Under the pieces are notes generated by a model. It saw only the letters and a list, made by a program, of their open reading frames with translations. It did no database searches and was not told the origin of the DNA. A stretch of DNA of 63,187 bases, from assembly GCA_017608505.1 (NCBI GenBank), contig JAFCFT010000010.1, positions 1-63,187 on the forward strand. Direction: 5' to 3'. This stretch comes from Candidatus Parvarchaeota archaeon. GTDB taxonomy: Archaea > Nanobdellota > Nanobdellia > WJKC01. The position numbers and the translations under genes were made by a program. How positions within the stretch are numbered: the first letter of the stretch is position 1; each line of letters begins with the position of its first letter. Of the stretch, positions 17,209 to 26,943 are shown piece by piece.

Positions 17209-18855
17209 TGGCATTGTATTAAGGATGTCGCTTTTTCTTGCCCAAGCCCTGCGTGCAACGCCGATGCCAAGTCTCATGAATTCCATTTGGTCTGTTGAAT
17301 GCGCGTCAGTGTTTATAATAAGCTTGCAGCCAGTATTTAATGCTTGCATGGCAATAGTGTCAGGCAAGTCCAAGCGCTCAGGATATGCATTGATTTCTAA
17401 AAATGTGTTTGTTCTTTTAGAAGCCTCGAAGATGCGAGGCCAGTCAAGTTCGTATCCTTCTTTTAATAAGACTTTGCGACCTGTTGGGTGGCCAATGATG
17501 TTTACATAAGGGTTTTCCATGGCGCGTATTAAGCGGTCTGTCATTGCTTTTTTATTAAGAAGGAATTTAGAATGAATTGATGCAACGACAAAATCAAGGG
17601 CTTTTAAGACCCTGTTGTGGATGTCTAAGGAACCGTCTTCTAAGATATTGACTTCAGCGCCGTGAAGAATTTTAATTCCAGGGATATTTATTTTTTTAAT
17701 TTCCTTTGCCTGCTTTAAAAGCTTGCGCTCATCCATGCTGTGAGCAATCCTTAAGTTGCCAGCATGGTCAGTGATGCCTACGTATTCGTATCCAAGGGAT
17801 TTAGCTTTTTCAGCCATCTCTTTAATTGTGTTTGCGCCGTCAGAGTGCGTTGTATGGACTTGAAGGTCTCCTTTAATAGAATCATAAGGAATTAGTTTTG
17901 GAATTTTTTTGTCAAATTCGCCTCTATTTTCTCGCAGTTCAGGCGGCATGTATTCAAAGCCTAATTTGTTGTAAATTTCTCTTTCACTTTTGCCTGCAAT
18001 CATTTTCTTGCCTTTAAACAAGCCGTATTCTGAGAGCTTTAGCCCTCTGGACTTTGCAATGCTTCGCAGTACAACATTGTGGTCCTTAGACCCTGTGAAA
18101 TATTGAAGCGCTGCGCCCCAAGACCCCTCTTTAATAATTCTTAGGTCTGTGTTAATGCCTGATGGAAGTCTAATTGAGCACTTGGTTTTTCCTTTAACAA
18201 TTTCCTTGCCAAGGCTTAAGAAAACATCTATTATTTTGTCGCTTTTCGGGCAAGCCAAAATGTCAATGTCAGCAATTGACTCTCTCATGCGGCGGATAGA
18301 GCCTGCAATTTCAATTAGTTTTGCATAAGGTTTTAATTTTTCTTTTACATATTCTGCTTCTGCCAAAGCAACTGAGAGCAGAACACGCTTCTTTTTAATG
18401 TAAGCCATCTCCAAGCTTTCTAAAATCTTTTGCTCGCTTCTTTCTTTAAAGCCGGGAAGTTTTCTTATTTTGCCTGCTTTAGCAGCTTTTTCAAGGTCTT
18501 TAAGATTCTTAATGCCTAACGCGTCGTAAAGTTTTTTAACAGTTTTAGGGCCTAGTCCTTGGATGCTCATTAATTCTACAAAATTAAAGGGAATTTGTTT
18601 GAGAAGCTTTTGATGGTACTTTAGCTTGCCTGTTTTTATGATTTCCTCGATTTTCAGGGAAATATTGTGGCCAACACCAGGGATTTCATCTAAGGCTTTT
18701 AACCCGCCTTTTTTGTAAATTTCTTCAACATCTGCTGAAAGGTTTTTAATAGACCTTGCGGCTTTGGCATAAGCTCTTGGCTTAAACGGAACGTCAAGGA
18801 TTTCTAAGGCATAAGAAATTTCTTCAAGAATTTTTGCAACAAGCGCATTTTTCAT
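17176..18855 (-). CDS. family X DNA polymerase with C-terminal PHP domain (PolX)
   Basis: N-terminal HhH 8-kDa/fingers region, nucleotidyltransferase GSIRR...DIDIL, and PHP motifs (DLQVHTTHSDG, ITDH, NTDAH). Confidence 0.85.
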   Translation of the reverse strand: MKNALVAKILEEISYALEILDVPFKPRAYAKAARSIKNLSADVEEIYKKGGLKALDEIPGVGHNISLKIEEIIKTGKLKYHQKLLKQIPFNFVELMSIQGLGPKTVKKLYDALGIKNLKDLEKAAKAGKIRKLPGFKERSEQKILESLEMAYIKKKRVLLSVALAEAEYVKEKLKPYAKLIEIAGSIRRMRESIADIDILACPKSDKIIDVFLSLGKEIVKGKTKCSIRLPSGINTDLRIIKEGSWGAALQYFTGSKDHNVVLRSIAKSRGLKLSEYGLFKGKKMIAGKSEREIYNKLGFEYMPPELRENRGEFDKKIPKLIPYDSIKGDLQVHTTHSDGANTIKEMAEKAKSLGYEYVGITDHAGNLRIAHSMDERKLLKQAKEIKKINIPGIKILHGAEVNILEDGSLDIHNRVLKALDFVVASIHSKFLLNKKAMTDRLIRAMENPYVNIIGHPTGRKVLLKEGYELDWPRIFEASKRTNTFLEINAYPERLDLPDTIAMQALNTGCKLIINTDAHSTDQMEFMRLGIGVARRAWARKSDILNTMPLEKLLKAFMR

Positions 18856-18923
18856 CTAACTTAAATAAAAACAGAATGAGGATAAAAAAGTTTTTAGTCA
18901 ATGAGCGAATCAAATTATTTAGA

Positions 18924-19349
18924 ATGAGTGCAGTGATAAGGCCTTCAAGAATACCTAAAATGAATAATTATTTGCTTTCTGGACTTGCAATAATGGGCGC
19001 CTCAATGCTGCATGCTGTAAGCCCTTTAATTGCAATAGTTGGCGGAGTGCTAGGAGCTTTGCCTGCACTAAAGGCAGAATTATGGAGATATAGCAAGAAG
19101 TTTGTTATAGATAAAGATGAGTTAGTATTTGAAGAAGGGTTGCTAAGCAAAGCTAAGACAAAAATTCCATTAAAGAACATAGTTTCAGTGAATGTAAAGC
19201 AAGGAATACGTGAAAGAATACTTAATTATGGGACTGTAACACTCACTACTTGGAGCGGCAGTGAAGAGACTGTACCAACAACACTATTTAAAGTCAGGAG
19301 GCCTAAAGAAATAGCAGACCATCTTAATTTCCTAATAAAAAAGGAGTAA
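18924..19349 (+). CDS. membrane protein with bacterial PH (bPH_2/YdbT-like) domain
   Basis: Two TM spans, then KIPLKNIVSVNVKQGIRERILNYGTVTL. ATG at 18924 preferred over the upstream alternative starts. Confidence 0.55.
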   Translation: MSAVIRPSRIPKMNNYLLSGLAIMGASMLHAVSPLIAIVGGVLGALPALKAELWRYSKKFVIDKDELVFEEGLLSKAKTKIPLKNIVSVNVKQGIRERILNYGTVTLTTWSGSEETVPTTLFKVRRPKEIADHLNFLIKKE

Positions 19350-19353
19350 AAAC

Positions 19354-20487
19354 ATGTTATCTGTAATCATACACTACGCTGAAATAGGAATTAAAAAAGG
19401 CAAAAGAGCATATTTTGAAAATAAATTAATAAGAAACATTGAAAACAAAGTAAAGATGCGGCCTAAGAAGCATTACGGCTGCTTAACGCTTGATGACGTG
19501 AACAAGAAAGACATAGAATTTATAAAAGAAGAATTAAAAAACACGCCAGGCATTGCTTATTTTGCGCCTGCACTTAAGGCAAAACTTGCAATAAAAGACA
19601 TAATTAATAAGGCAGAAAAGTTGTTGAAGCGAGATGAGTCATTTAAGGTAATTGCAAAAAGGTCGAATAAAGCATTTAAATACACTTCAATGGAAATCAA
19701 CGAGCTTGTTGGAGAACACTTTTACAAAAAAGGATTTAAAGTAGATCTTCACAACCCAAAACAAAGACTTTATGTTGAAATATTAGAAAAGAATGCTTAT
19801 GTATACACAGAAAAAATCAAAGGAATTGGAGGGCTTCCTGTAAGCAGCAGCGGAAAGCTGCTTGCATTAATTTCAGGAGGCATAGATTCTCCAGTGGCAG
19901 CTTATTTTATGATGAAGCGAGGATGCAAAGTGGAACTAATCCATTTTTACAACGAGCGCGCTGGTGTTAAAGAAAAAATAATTGAATTAGCAAGAGTCTT
20001 GTCAAAATTTCAAGGCAAAACAAAAGTGCATTTAATACCTTTTAAAGACATTCAAAACAAAATAATTTTAGAAACCCCAAGCAACAAAAGAATGATAATT
20101 TATAGAAGATTAATGATGATGATTGCAGAAAGCGTTGCAAAGGACACTGGCGCAAAAGGCCTTGTCACAGGAGACAGCATAGGGCAAGTGGCAAGCCAAA
20201 CGCTTGAGAATCAAAGCGTAATAAGAGCTGCTGCAACAATCCCTATTTATTCGCCACTAATAGGCTTTGACAAAGAGGAAATCATAAACATTGCCAAAAA
20301 AATAGGGACTTACGAAACAAGCATACTTCCATATAGCGACTGCTGCAGTTACTTAGTTTCTGAGCATCCTGAAACAAAAGCAGATTTAGAAGACATTAAA
20401 AAAATAGAAAAGAGATTAAACGTCAACACCCTAATAAAAAGGGCCTTAAAAGAAAAAGAAACAATTCTCGTCACTCGTACCAAATAG
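19354..20487 (+). CDS. thiI: tRNA 4-thiouridine synthase ThiI (THUMP + PP-loop)
   Basis: PP-loop SGGIDSPVA and the THUMP-type N-terminal region. Confidence 0.85.
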   Translation: MLSVIIHYAEIGIKKGKRAYFENKLIRNIENKVKMRPKKHYGCLTLDDVNKKDIEFIKEELKNTPGIAYFAPALKAKLAIKDIINKAEKLLKRDESFKVIAKRSNKAFKYTSMEINELVGEHFYKKGFKVDLHNPKQRLYVEILEKNAYVYTEKIKGIGGLPVSSSGKLLALISGGIDSPVAAYFMMKRGCKVELIHFYNERAGVKEKIIELARVLSKFQGKTKVHLIPFKDIQNKIILETPSNKRMIIYRRLMMMIAESVAKDTGAKGLVTGDSIGQVASQTLENQSVIRAAATIPIYSPLIGFDKEEIINIAKKIGTYETSILPYSDCCSYLVSEHPETKADLEDIKKIEKRLNVNTLIKRALKEKETILVTRTK

Positions 20488-21733
20488 CTTCTATAGGATT
20501 TAAGTTTGCCGCTTTGCGCGCAGGAAGGAAACCTGAAAATATGCCTATAAGGAGACTGAATACTAAAGAGATTATTATTAATTCTGTTGTGATATTCACT
20601 TCAAGCATAACATTTGATGCCATCCCAAGCATGCCTGAATTAATCACGTATGCAAGCGTTTCAGCAAGCACAACACCTACTGCAATCCCAATAAGGCCTC
20701 CTATTAAACTCATAATGCCTGCTTCTGTTATAAACAAAAGCAAAACATCTGAATTTTTGGCGCCAATCGCTTTCATTATTCCAATTTCGCGAGTACGCTC
20801 ATAAACGCTTGTAAACATTGTGTTTGCAATGCCTATTGCTCCTACAAGGAGGCTTATTGCTGCAATGCCTGTTAAAAAAGAAGTTATAAGTCCGGTAATT
20901 GACTGCACAGTTTTTCTAAAACTTTCATAAGTGAATACTTGAAAGTCGTCCTCTTTTGTTTTGTGAAGATTTCTTAAAGTTCTTTTAATGTCTTCAACAA
21001 GAGAAGGAACAACATCAGCGCTTTCAGCTTTAATTTCTATCATGTCGTACTTGTTGTCAAAATCAGGAACAAATTTGTCTGCAACTTTTATATTTAAGAA
21101 TATGTAGTTGTCAATGCTTACGTAACTTCCGCCCTTTTCTTTTAAAATGCCCACAACACGCACATTATTGCCGTCTATGTTTATTATGTCTCCAGCATGT
21201 ATTTCTTTGCTAAAGAATTCTTTTGCAGCTTTGTATCCTAAAACTGCAACCAGCTGGTCGCTGTCAGCAAGCAGACGGCCGTCGAGCGCTTCTGCATCTT
21301 GGATTATTTTAAATGCGTTAGGCTTTACAAAGTATGTTGCAATTTTTGCCACCTCGCCTCTGTAGATTACATTATATTCTCTTTGAACTGTATAATCCAC
21401 AGCAACAACATTTGGCAAATTTGCAAGCGCTTGCGCATCTTTGCGCGTAAGAGTGCTTTCATCGGTATCAAGTACTAGACTGGCATCGCCAAATCCTTCG
21501 CTTCCCACCCGTCTTCCAATGACTCTTCTTGAGCTCCCTGGAAAAATGATCACGTTTTCAGAGCCAAAGGCATCAAGCTGGCTTAAAATTGCATTTTGAA
21601 TTCCTTCTCCAAAAGTTAAAAGGCCTATTACTGCAGCAATTCCAAAAACTATTCCAATTATAGTAAGCCAGCTCTTAAGCCTCCTGTATGCAAGATTTTT
21701 AAATGTTATTACAAGTACATCTTCAAATTTCAT
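20471..21733 (-). CDS. ABC transporter permease (MacB/FtsX type)
   Basis: N-terminal TM, large extracytoplasmic domain, C-terminal FtsX-like 3-TM block (REIGIMKAIGA). Confidence 0.85.
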   Translation of the reverse strand: MKFEDVLVITFKNLAYRRLKSWLTIIGIVFGIAAVIGLLTFGEGIQNAILSQLDAFGSENVIIFPGSSRRVIGRRVGSEGFGDASLVLDTDESTLTRKDAQALANLPNVVAVDYTVQREYNVIYRGEVAKIATYFVKPNAFKIIQDAEALDGRLLADSDQLVAVLGYKAAKEFFSKEIHAGDIINIDGNNVRVVGILKEKGGSYVSIDNYIFLNIKVADKFVPDFDNKYDMIEIKAESADVVPSLVEDIKRTLRNLHKTKEDDFQVFTYESFRKTVQSITGLITSFLTGIAAISLLVGAIGIANTMFTSVYERTREIGIMKAIGAKNSDVLLLFITEAGIMSLIGGLIGIAVGVVLAETLAYVINSGMLGMASNVMLEVNITTELIIISLVFSLLIGIFSGFLPARKAANLNPIEAIWYE

Positions 21734-21739
21734 GGCAAG

Positions 21740-23029
21740 CTACTCCCTTTTTCTCTTTGACTTAAGAAAAAAATACAAAAGCAAAAGCAAAACGCCAAAA
21801 AGTATAAGCACGCCAAGATTTTGGGAAAATATTGTAAAGATATTAATGCCTTCAGCAGAAACAGCTTGTGTGCCATATCCTAAATATATCCTTCTAGTAA
21901 TATTATAGGAAACTCTTTGCCCAAGTTGATTTGTGTACCCAATTTCAAAAACCAAATCAATGGGACCGTAATTTATAGGCATGAATGTAAAACTTGCGCT
22001 TGTAAAATCCCCTGGATTTAGGTCTCCTAAAAAATCTTCTGCAACATTTCCTAGGACAAGATTTTTGCTTTCATGAAGCCTTACGCTTACAGAGCTTGCA
22101 TCTAAAACCCCTGTATTTGCAACACTTAATATAACGCTTGTTTTTGTGCCATTTATTACGTATTCAGGCTCGACATTTTGTATGTATACTTCAAAAGTCG
22201 TATTTCCCCCGACTAGAACGCCAAAACTGCTTTCTTGAGAGTATGTGTATTCGCCATCTTTTTCATAACTTAATTTAAATGAGATTTCATGCAAGCCAGG
22301 AAGCAAATCTTTATCTGAGCCAAGTTCTAAAAGAACTTCTTTTGACTCTTGGGATTTTAAGTCGCCAATATTTATTATGCTCGCATTATTACGTGTGCTA
22401 AAGTGATCTGATGTAACTTCTAATTTTGCTTTTGAGGCACTATAGTCTCCGTAATTTTTTATTTTTAAAGTTATGTTAAAATTTTCACCAGGCATGACAA
22501 CTTTAGGTTCTGTTGTAACTGATGCAATTCCCAAATCTGGTTTTGTTTCATTGTTTTCAATTTTAAAAACAACATAGTGCGAAATATATTTGTCTTTTTC
22601 AGTGCCTGAAGTATTGTTGTATGAAACGTACTTAATTGAGAACTCAGCTAAATAATATCCTGTAGGCGCGTCATTTGGTATCTTAACTGCATATACTGCC
22701 TCTTTTGAGTCGCTCCCGTATATGTCTCCAAGGTTTGTGTAGCACTCATCAGCGTACTCAAGACATAATTTTCTTGTAGTGCTGTATTTTATGCAATTAG
22801 CGCACAAAGAATCTGAACTTAAAGGAGAAGAAAGCGCAACTAACGCAATTTTAGCATCATTTGCAGGCTGCGCCCCGTCATTTCGCAAGCTTACTGTAAT
22901 GTATCCTGTCTTGCCAGGCTCCATGTTGCTTGCAGAAGAGCTTACTTGTATAAGCGGATTTATAGGTGTTGCAAATGCTAAATTCAATATAATAAACGTC
23001 AACAAACTAATCGTGGTTTTTTTCATCAA
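21740..23029 (-). CDS. exported repeat protein (CARDB/COG1361 S-layer-like) with C-terminal TM anchor
   Basis: Signal peptide, three beta-rich repeat modules (e.g. ITVSLRNDGAQPA, ITLKIKNYGDYSA, ILSVANTGVLDAS), C-terminal TM plus KRKRE. Confidence 0.6.
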   Translation of the reverse strand: MMKKTTISLLTFIILNLAFATPINPLIQVSSSASNMEPGKTGYITVSLRNDGAQPANDAKIALVALSSPLSSDSLCANCIKYSTTRKLCLEYADECYTNLGDIYGSDSKEAVYAVKIPNDAPTGYYLAEFSIKYVSYNNTSGTEKDKYISHYVVFKIENNETKPDLGIASVTTEPKVVMPGENFNITLKIKNYGDYSASKAKLEVTSDHFSTRNNASIINIGDLKSQESKEVLLELGSDKDLLPGLHEISFKLSYEKDGEYTYSQESSFGVLVGGNTTFEVYIQNVEPEYVINGTKTSVILSVANTGVLDASSVSVRLHESKNLVLGNVAEDFLGDLNPGDFTSASFTFMPINYGPIDLVFEIGYTNQLGQRVSYNITRRIYLGYGTQAVSAEGINIFTIFSQNLGVLILFGVLLLLLYFFLKSKRKRE

Positions 23030-23702
23030 GCGTCACCTTTCCATCAAGCATATGTATAGTGCGCGGAGCTTCTTTTGCAATGTTCGGATCATGCGTCACT
23101 ATCACTAATGTATTTCCTTTATGCCATAGGTCCTTAAATAATTTTACAACGCTTTTTCCTGTCTTTGAGTCAAGATTTCCAGTAGGCTCGTCAGCAAGAA
23201 TAAGCTTTGGATTGTTTGAAAGCGCCCTTGCAATAGCAACCCTCTGTCTTTGGCCCCCAGAAAGCTGAAAAGGAAGATGATGCATTCTTTTTTCTAAACC
23301 TACCATTTTAAGCAGCTTTTTAGCCCTTTCATACCTTATCCTTTCATCTATATTGGCAAAAATCATGGGAAGTTCTACATTTTCAACAGCAGTGAGATTA
23401 GGAGTCAAGTAAAAAAATTGAAACACAAACCCAATTGCTTTGTTTCTTAATTCAGTAAGTTCGTTTTCATCGAGTTTTGACGTATCAACGCCGTCAAGCA
23501 GAACTTTCCCTTCTGTCGGCTTGTCAAGAAGACCAATAACATGCATTAGCGTGCTCTTGCCGCATCCAGAAGGACCAAAAATTGTTACAAACTCGCCCCT
23601 ATTGATTTTTAAACTAATGCCGTCAACAGCTTTCACTACGTTCTCTTCCCCAAGAGTGTAATATCTTTTAACGTTCTCTAACTCAATGACTGGCTTTTTC
23701 AT
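23007..23702 (-). CDS. ABC transporter ATP-binding protein (MacB/LolD-like)
   Basis: Walker A GPSGCGKST, signature LSGGQRQR, Walker B LILADEPT. Confidence 0.9.
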   Translation of the reverse strand: MKKPVIELENVKRYYTLGEENVVKAVDGISLKINRGEFVTIFGPSGCGKSTLMHVIGLLDKPTEGKVLLDGVDTSKLDENELTELRNKAIGFVFQFFYLTPNLTAVENVELPMIFANIDERIRYERAKKLLKMVGLEKRMHHLPFQLSGGQRQRVAIARALSNNPKLILADEPTGNLDSKTGKSVVKLFKDLWHKGNTLVIVTHDPNIAKEAPRTIHMLDGKVTLDEKNHD

Positions 23703-24127
23703 AAGTCAAGCACCACTTGCACAACATAACGCTTTCCAATTTTTTTAATGTCCATATCAAAATATGTGACTGCTTTGACAACGCATCTTCGCTCGTGAGT
23801 GTCTTTTATTTTCTCTCCTTTAACAACTGCTTTTAATGAGTAATTTTTTTCGTCCAGCTCCACATGGAACTCACTTAAGAAGACATCTTTTGTTTCGTGC
23901 AAATAAAGAAGCTCTTCTAAAAAGTCATACAATAATGACTTTAAGTCCTCTGCATTTTTTTCAAAAGCAAATGAAATTTTAGGAGCTATCTTTTTAGCGT
24001 CAGTCATTATTTCAAACATAGCGTAGCCCGCATTTTCAAAAGCCTCTGCTAAAGTGTTGCCATACGCCTTAAACATAACGTCTGCTGTTGCAAGCTCCTC
24101 TTCAATATCAAATCGTTTCACAAACAT
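23699..24127 (-). CDS. archease (RtcB activator)
   Basis: FDIEEELATADVMFKAYGNTLAEAFENAGYAMFEIM matches the archease N-terminus. ATG at 24127 preferred over the TTG at 24142. Confidence 0.8.
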   Translation of the reverse strand: MFVKRFDIEEELATADVMFKAYGNTLAEAFENAGYAMFEIMTDAKKIAPKISFAFEKNAEDLKSLLYDFLEELLYLHETKDVFLSEFHVELDEKNYSLKAVVKGEKIKDTHERRCVVKAVTYFDMDIKKIGKRYVVQVVLDL

Positions 24128-24162
24128 AAATAATATATACAACTTATTTAAATTTAATAGAT

Positions 24163-24708
24163 ATGCTTAAAGAATATGAAATTTTGAGAAAAACGCTTGA
24201 TACGTATTTTCCTAAAAGTAACATAAATAATAAAGAAGTAAAAGTTCTTGATGCCATGTGCGGTCCGTGTTTTTATTTCCATATAGTGCGTGATTTTATA
24301 AACGACATCTCAAAATGTATCGAATTTCTTTGTGTTGAAAAAGACAAAGACAATGCGCCGTTTAAGTTCGTACTTGAGGATTATACAAAAGAGCATCCAA
24401 ATTTCAGATTCAAATTAATTGGGGTGGAAAATCTTGATACAAACAAATATGAAAATTATTTTGATGTAATTTTTAATTTTAGACCGGGCTGTTTTATCAA
24501 GACATATACTGACTTAATAAAACCATACATACGCATTAATCATATGTTAAAAGAAAGTGGTGTATTTTTTGCAACAACATATAACGCTTATGAAGCAAAG
24601 TGTTTGTATGATCTTTTATGGGGCATATTTGACAATGTTAAAACAGAAAAAAACAAACATGACCTTGCAGAAAAATACTATGGGTATGTCATTATTGCAA
24701 AAAAATAA
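24163..24708 (+). CDS. possible class I SAM-dependent methyltransferase-like protein
   Basis: Weak motif I (KVLDAMCGPC) and an acidic post-I residue. Otherwise unassigned. Confidence 0.3.
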   Translation: MLKEYEILRKTLDTYFPKSNINNKEVKVLDAMCGPCFYFHIVRDFINDISKCIEFLCVEKDKDNAPFKFVLEDYTKEHPNFRFKLIGVENLDTNKYENYFDVIFNFRPGCFIKTYTDLIKPYIRINHMLKESGVFFATTYNAYEAKCLYDLLWGIFDNVKTEKNKHDLAEKYYGYVIIAKK

Positions 24709-24740
24709 CATTTTTTAATAAGAATGCTCATTTATTATGT

Positions 24741-26162
24741 ATGAAAATAAGCAACATCAAGTCAACATCATTAAAAGAATGGCGCCTTCTTCCAGGACTG
24801 ACAAAAGCAGACAATAATATCGATTTTAGCACTGAAATTGCAAAAGGTTTTAAGATAAACATCCCGCTAATAAGTTCAAGCATGCAGGCAGTCACTGGCC
24901 CAAGAATGGCAATAGCCCTTGCAAAGCAAGGAGGCATAGGCATAATTTTCACGAGCCAACCAATTGAAAAAGAAGCCGAAATGATTAAAAAAGTTAAGTC
25001 CTATAAAGCAGGATTTATAGAAAAGCCAGTTACTGTAACTCCAAGCATGACTGTAAAAGAATTAAGAAAAATAAATGAAAAAACAGGATACAGCACGTTT
25101 CCTGTCACTGAAGATGGAAGCCCTAATGGCGTCTATAAAGGCCTAATATTTGCAGATGATTACCTGCTTGAAGACAATTCTAAAAAAGTATCAGAACTTC
25201 TTATTGACAGAAAATATATTGATAAAAACATAACTTTTGAAGAAGCGCGCAGGTATTTAAAATCAATAAAGCAAAAATGTTTGCCAATAGTTATTGATGG
25301 AAAATTAAAATCCCTAGTTTTTAGAAAAGATGTAATTGACGAAAAAAACTACCCAAGACAATTGCTAGACAGACAAAAACGCTTAATGGTTGGCGCAGCA
25401 GTAAACACGCACGATTATGAAGAAAGGGTGAAAGCAGTTGTTAAGGCAGGAGCAGACATTTTAGTAATTGACTCTTCTGATGGATATTCAGAGTATCAAA
25501 AAAGAACAATTAAATACATTAAGAAGAACTTTCCAGAAATCCCTCTTATTGGCGGAAACATTGTAACGCGAGAAGGTTTTAATTTTCTTGTTGAAGCTGG
25601 TGTAGATGGAGTAAAAATAGGCATGGGCGGAGGCTCAATATGCATAACTCAAGAAGTGAAGGGAGTTGGAAGGGGCCAAGCTACTGCAGTAATGGAATGC
25701 TCAAAAGCAAGGGATGAATTGTATGAAAAAACAGGAGAATATTACCCGCTGATATCTGACGGAGGGGCGAGCACAAACAGAGACATAATAATTGCGCTTG
25801 CAATGGGTGCAAACGCAGTGATGAGCGGCAGATATTTTGCAGGTTTTGATGAGAGCCCAACAAAGGTTATAGAAAGAGGGGGGAACAAATTCAAACCATA
25901 TTGGGGCGAGGGGTCTAACAAAGCAAAAAACTGGCAAAGATACAACAAAAGCGTATCAAAATTTATTGAAGAAGGAGTCGAAGGCTACGTGCCTTACGCA
26001 GGCAGGCTTGAAGACGGCATTAAAAAGACGTTAATGACAATGATTAGCGCAATGAATAACGTTGGCGCGGCAACAATCAAAGAACTGCACAAACTTGCGC
26101 ATTTAGAATATATTTCAGAAGGCGCGCGAATAGAAGGCGACGTCCACGACCTGCATGTATAA
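24741..26162 (+). CDS. guaB: IMP dehydrogenase (with CBS pair)
   Basis: Catalytic loop GMGGGSICITQEV, GVGRGQATAV, ISDGG. Confidence 0.9.
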   Translation: MKISNIKSTSLKEWRLLPGLTKADNNIDFSTEIAKGFKINIPLISSSMQAVTGPRMAIALAKQGGIGIIFTSQPIEKEAEMIKKVKSYKAGFIEKPVTVTPSMTVKELRKINEKTGYSTFPVTEDGSPNGVYKGLIFADDYLLEDNSKKVSELLIDRKYIDKNITFEEARRYLKSIKQKCLPIVIDGKLKSLVFRKDVIDEKNYPRQLLDRQKRLMVGAAVNTHDYEERVKAVVKAGADILVIDSSDGYSEYQKRTIKYIKKNFPEIPLIGGNIVTREGFNFLVEAGVDGVKIGMGGGSICITQEVKGVGRGQATAVMECSKARDELYEKTGEYYPLISDGGASTNRDIIIALAMGANAVMSGRYFAGFDESPTKVIERGGNKFKPYWGEGSNKAKNWQRYNKSVSKFIEEGVEGYVPYAGRLEDGIKKTLMTMISAMNNVGAATIKELHKLAHLEYISEGARIEGDVHDLHV

Positions 26163-26249
26163 AAATATTCATGACTGTATTATACAAAATGTATAATGGA
26201 AATATTTATAAATAATTACTACTTATTAGTGAATACTCACTAGGGGGCT

Positions 26250-26627
26250 TTGGGGGATATGTGCAAAAGAGGATTTGTATTTAGAGAAGGAATCGTAGAC
26301 ATAAATTTAATTAAAAAATATGCAAAAAAGAAAAAAGCAGGCTTTCTTGATTTAAGAAGAATAGGCTTTACAAACATTAATCAACTTGATTCTTTGCTTT
26401 CAAGATACGTATCTTATCTGCTTAAAAGACCCACAAGAATCAGCACACACAAGTTTTTTGACGGCGTGCATAACAACAAGCCGTTTTTTGCAGTGCTGCC
26501 TCACAACTTCTTGACACAATTGTCTATATTCAACAGAGACAAAAAATTAACTATCGAGCTTGCAAATAAATTAATTGAAAATGAAAAATCTTGCATTGGT
26601 CTAACAAGAAGATTAAAGCTTAAATAA
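26250..26627 (+). CDS. hypothetical protein
   Basis: 125-aa ORF with no motif. Its end overlaps the convergent ogt. Confidence 0.35.
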   Translation: MGDMCKRGFVFREGIVDINLIKKYAKKKKAGFLDLRRIGFTNINQLDSLLSRYVSYLLKRPTRISTHKFFDGVHNNKPFFAVLPHNFLTQLSIFNRDKKLTIELANKLIENEKSCIGLTRRLKLK

Positions 26628-26909
26628 ACATTCTTTAAAATTCACTACTTTTCCATTTTTGACCTCTATGCCCTCGCTTTTAAGAAGTCTTATTTTTTTG
26701 TCTACGCCCTTATTGTACCCTCCAATGCTCCCGTTTGACATTACAACACGGTGGCAAGGGACAATAACAGGAGTCTTATTTTCTTTTAAAGCTCTGCCAA
26801 CAGCCCTGTATGCTTTTGTCCCTAATGCATGCGCAACTTGCTTGTAAGTTACAAGCTTGCCGCGCGGCACTTTGCAAATGACTTTTAAGACATCCTCACT
26901 AAAAGACAT
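26613..26909 (-). CDS. ogt: methylated-DNA--protein-cysteine methyltransferase (C-terminal domain only)
   Basis: Active-site PCHRV and HTH (YKQVAHALG). Confidence 0.85.
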   Translation of the reverse strand: MSFSEDVLKVICKVPRGKLVTYKQVAHALGTKAYRAVGRALKENKTPVIVPCHRVVMSNGSIGGYNKGVDKKIRLLKSEGIEVKNGKVVNFKECLFKL

Positions 26910-26943
26910 ATATTTATTAATTCATTTTTACTAATTTAAATAT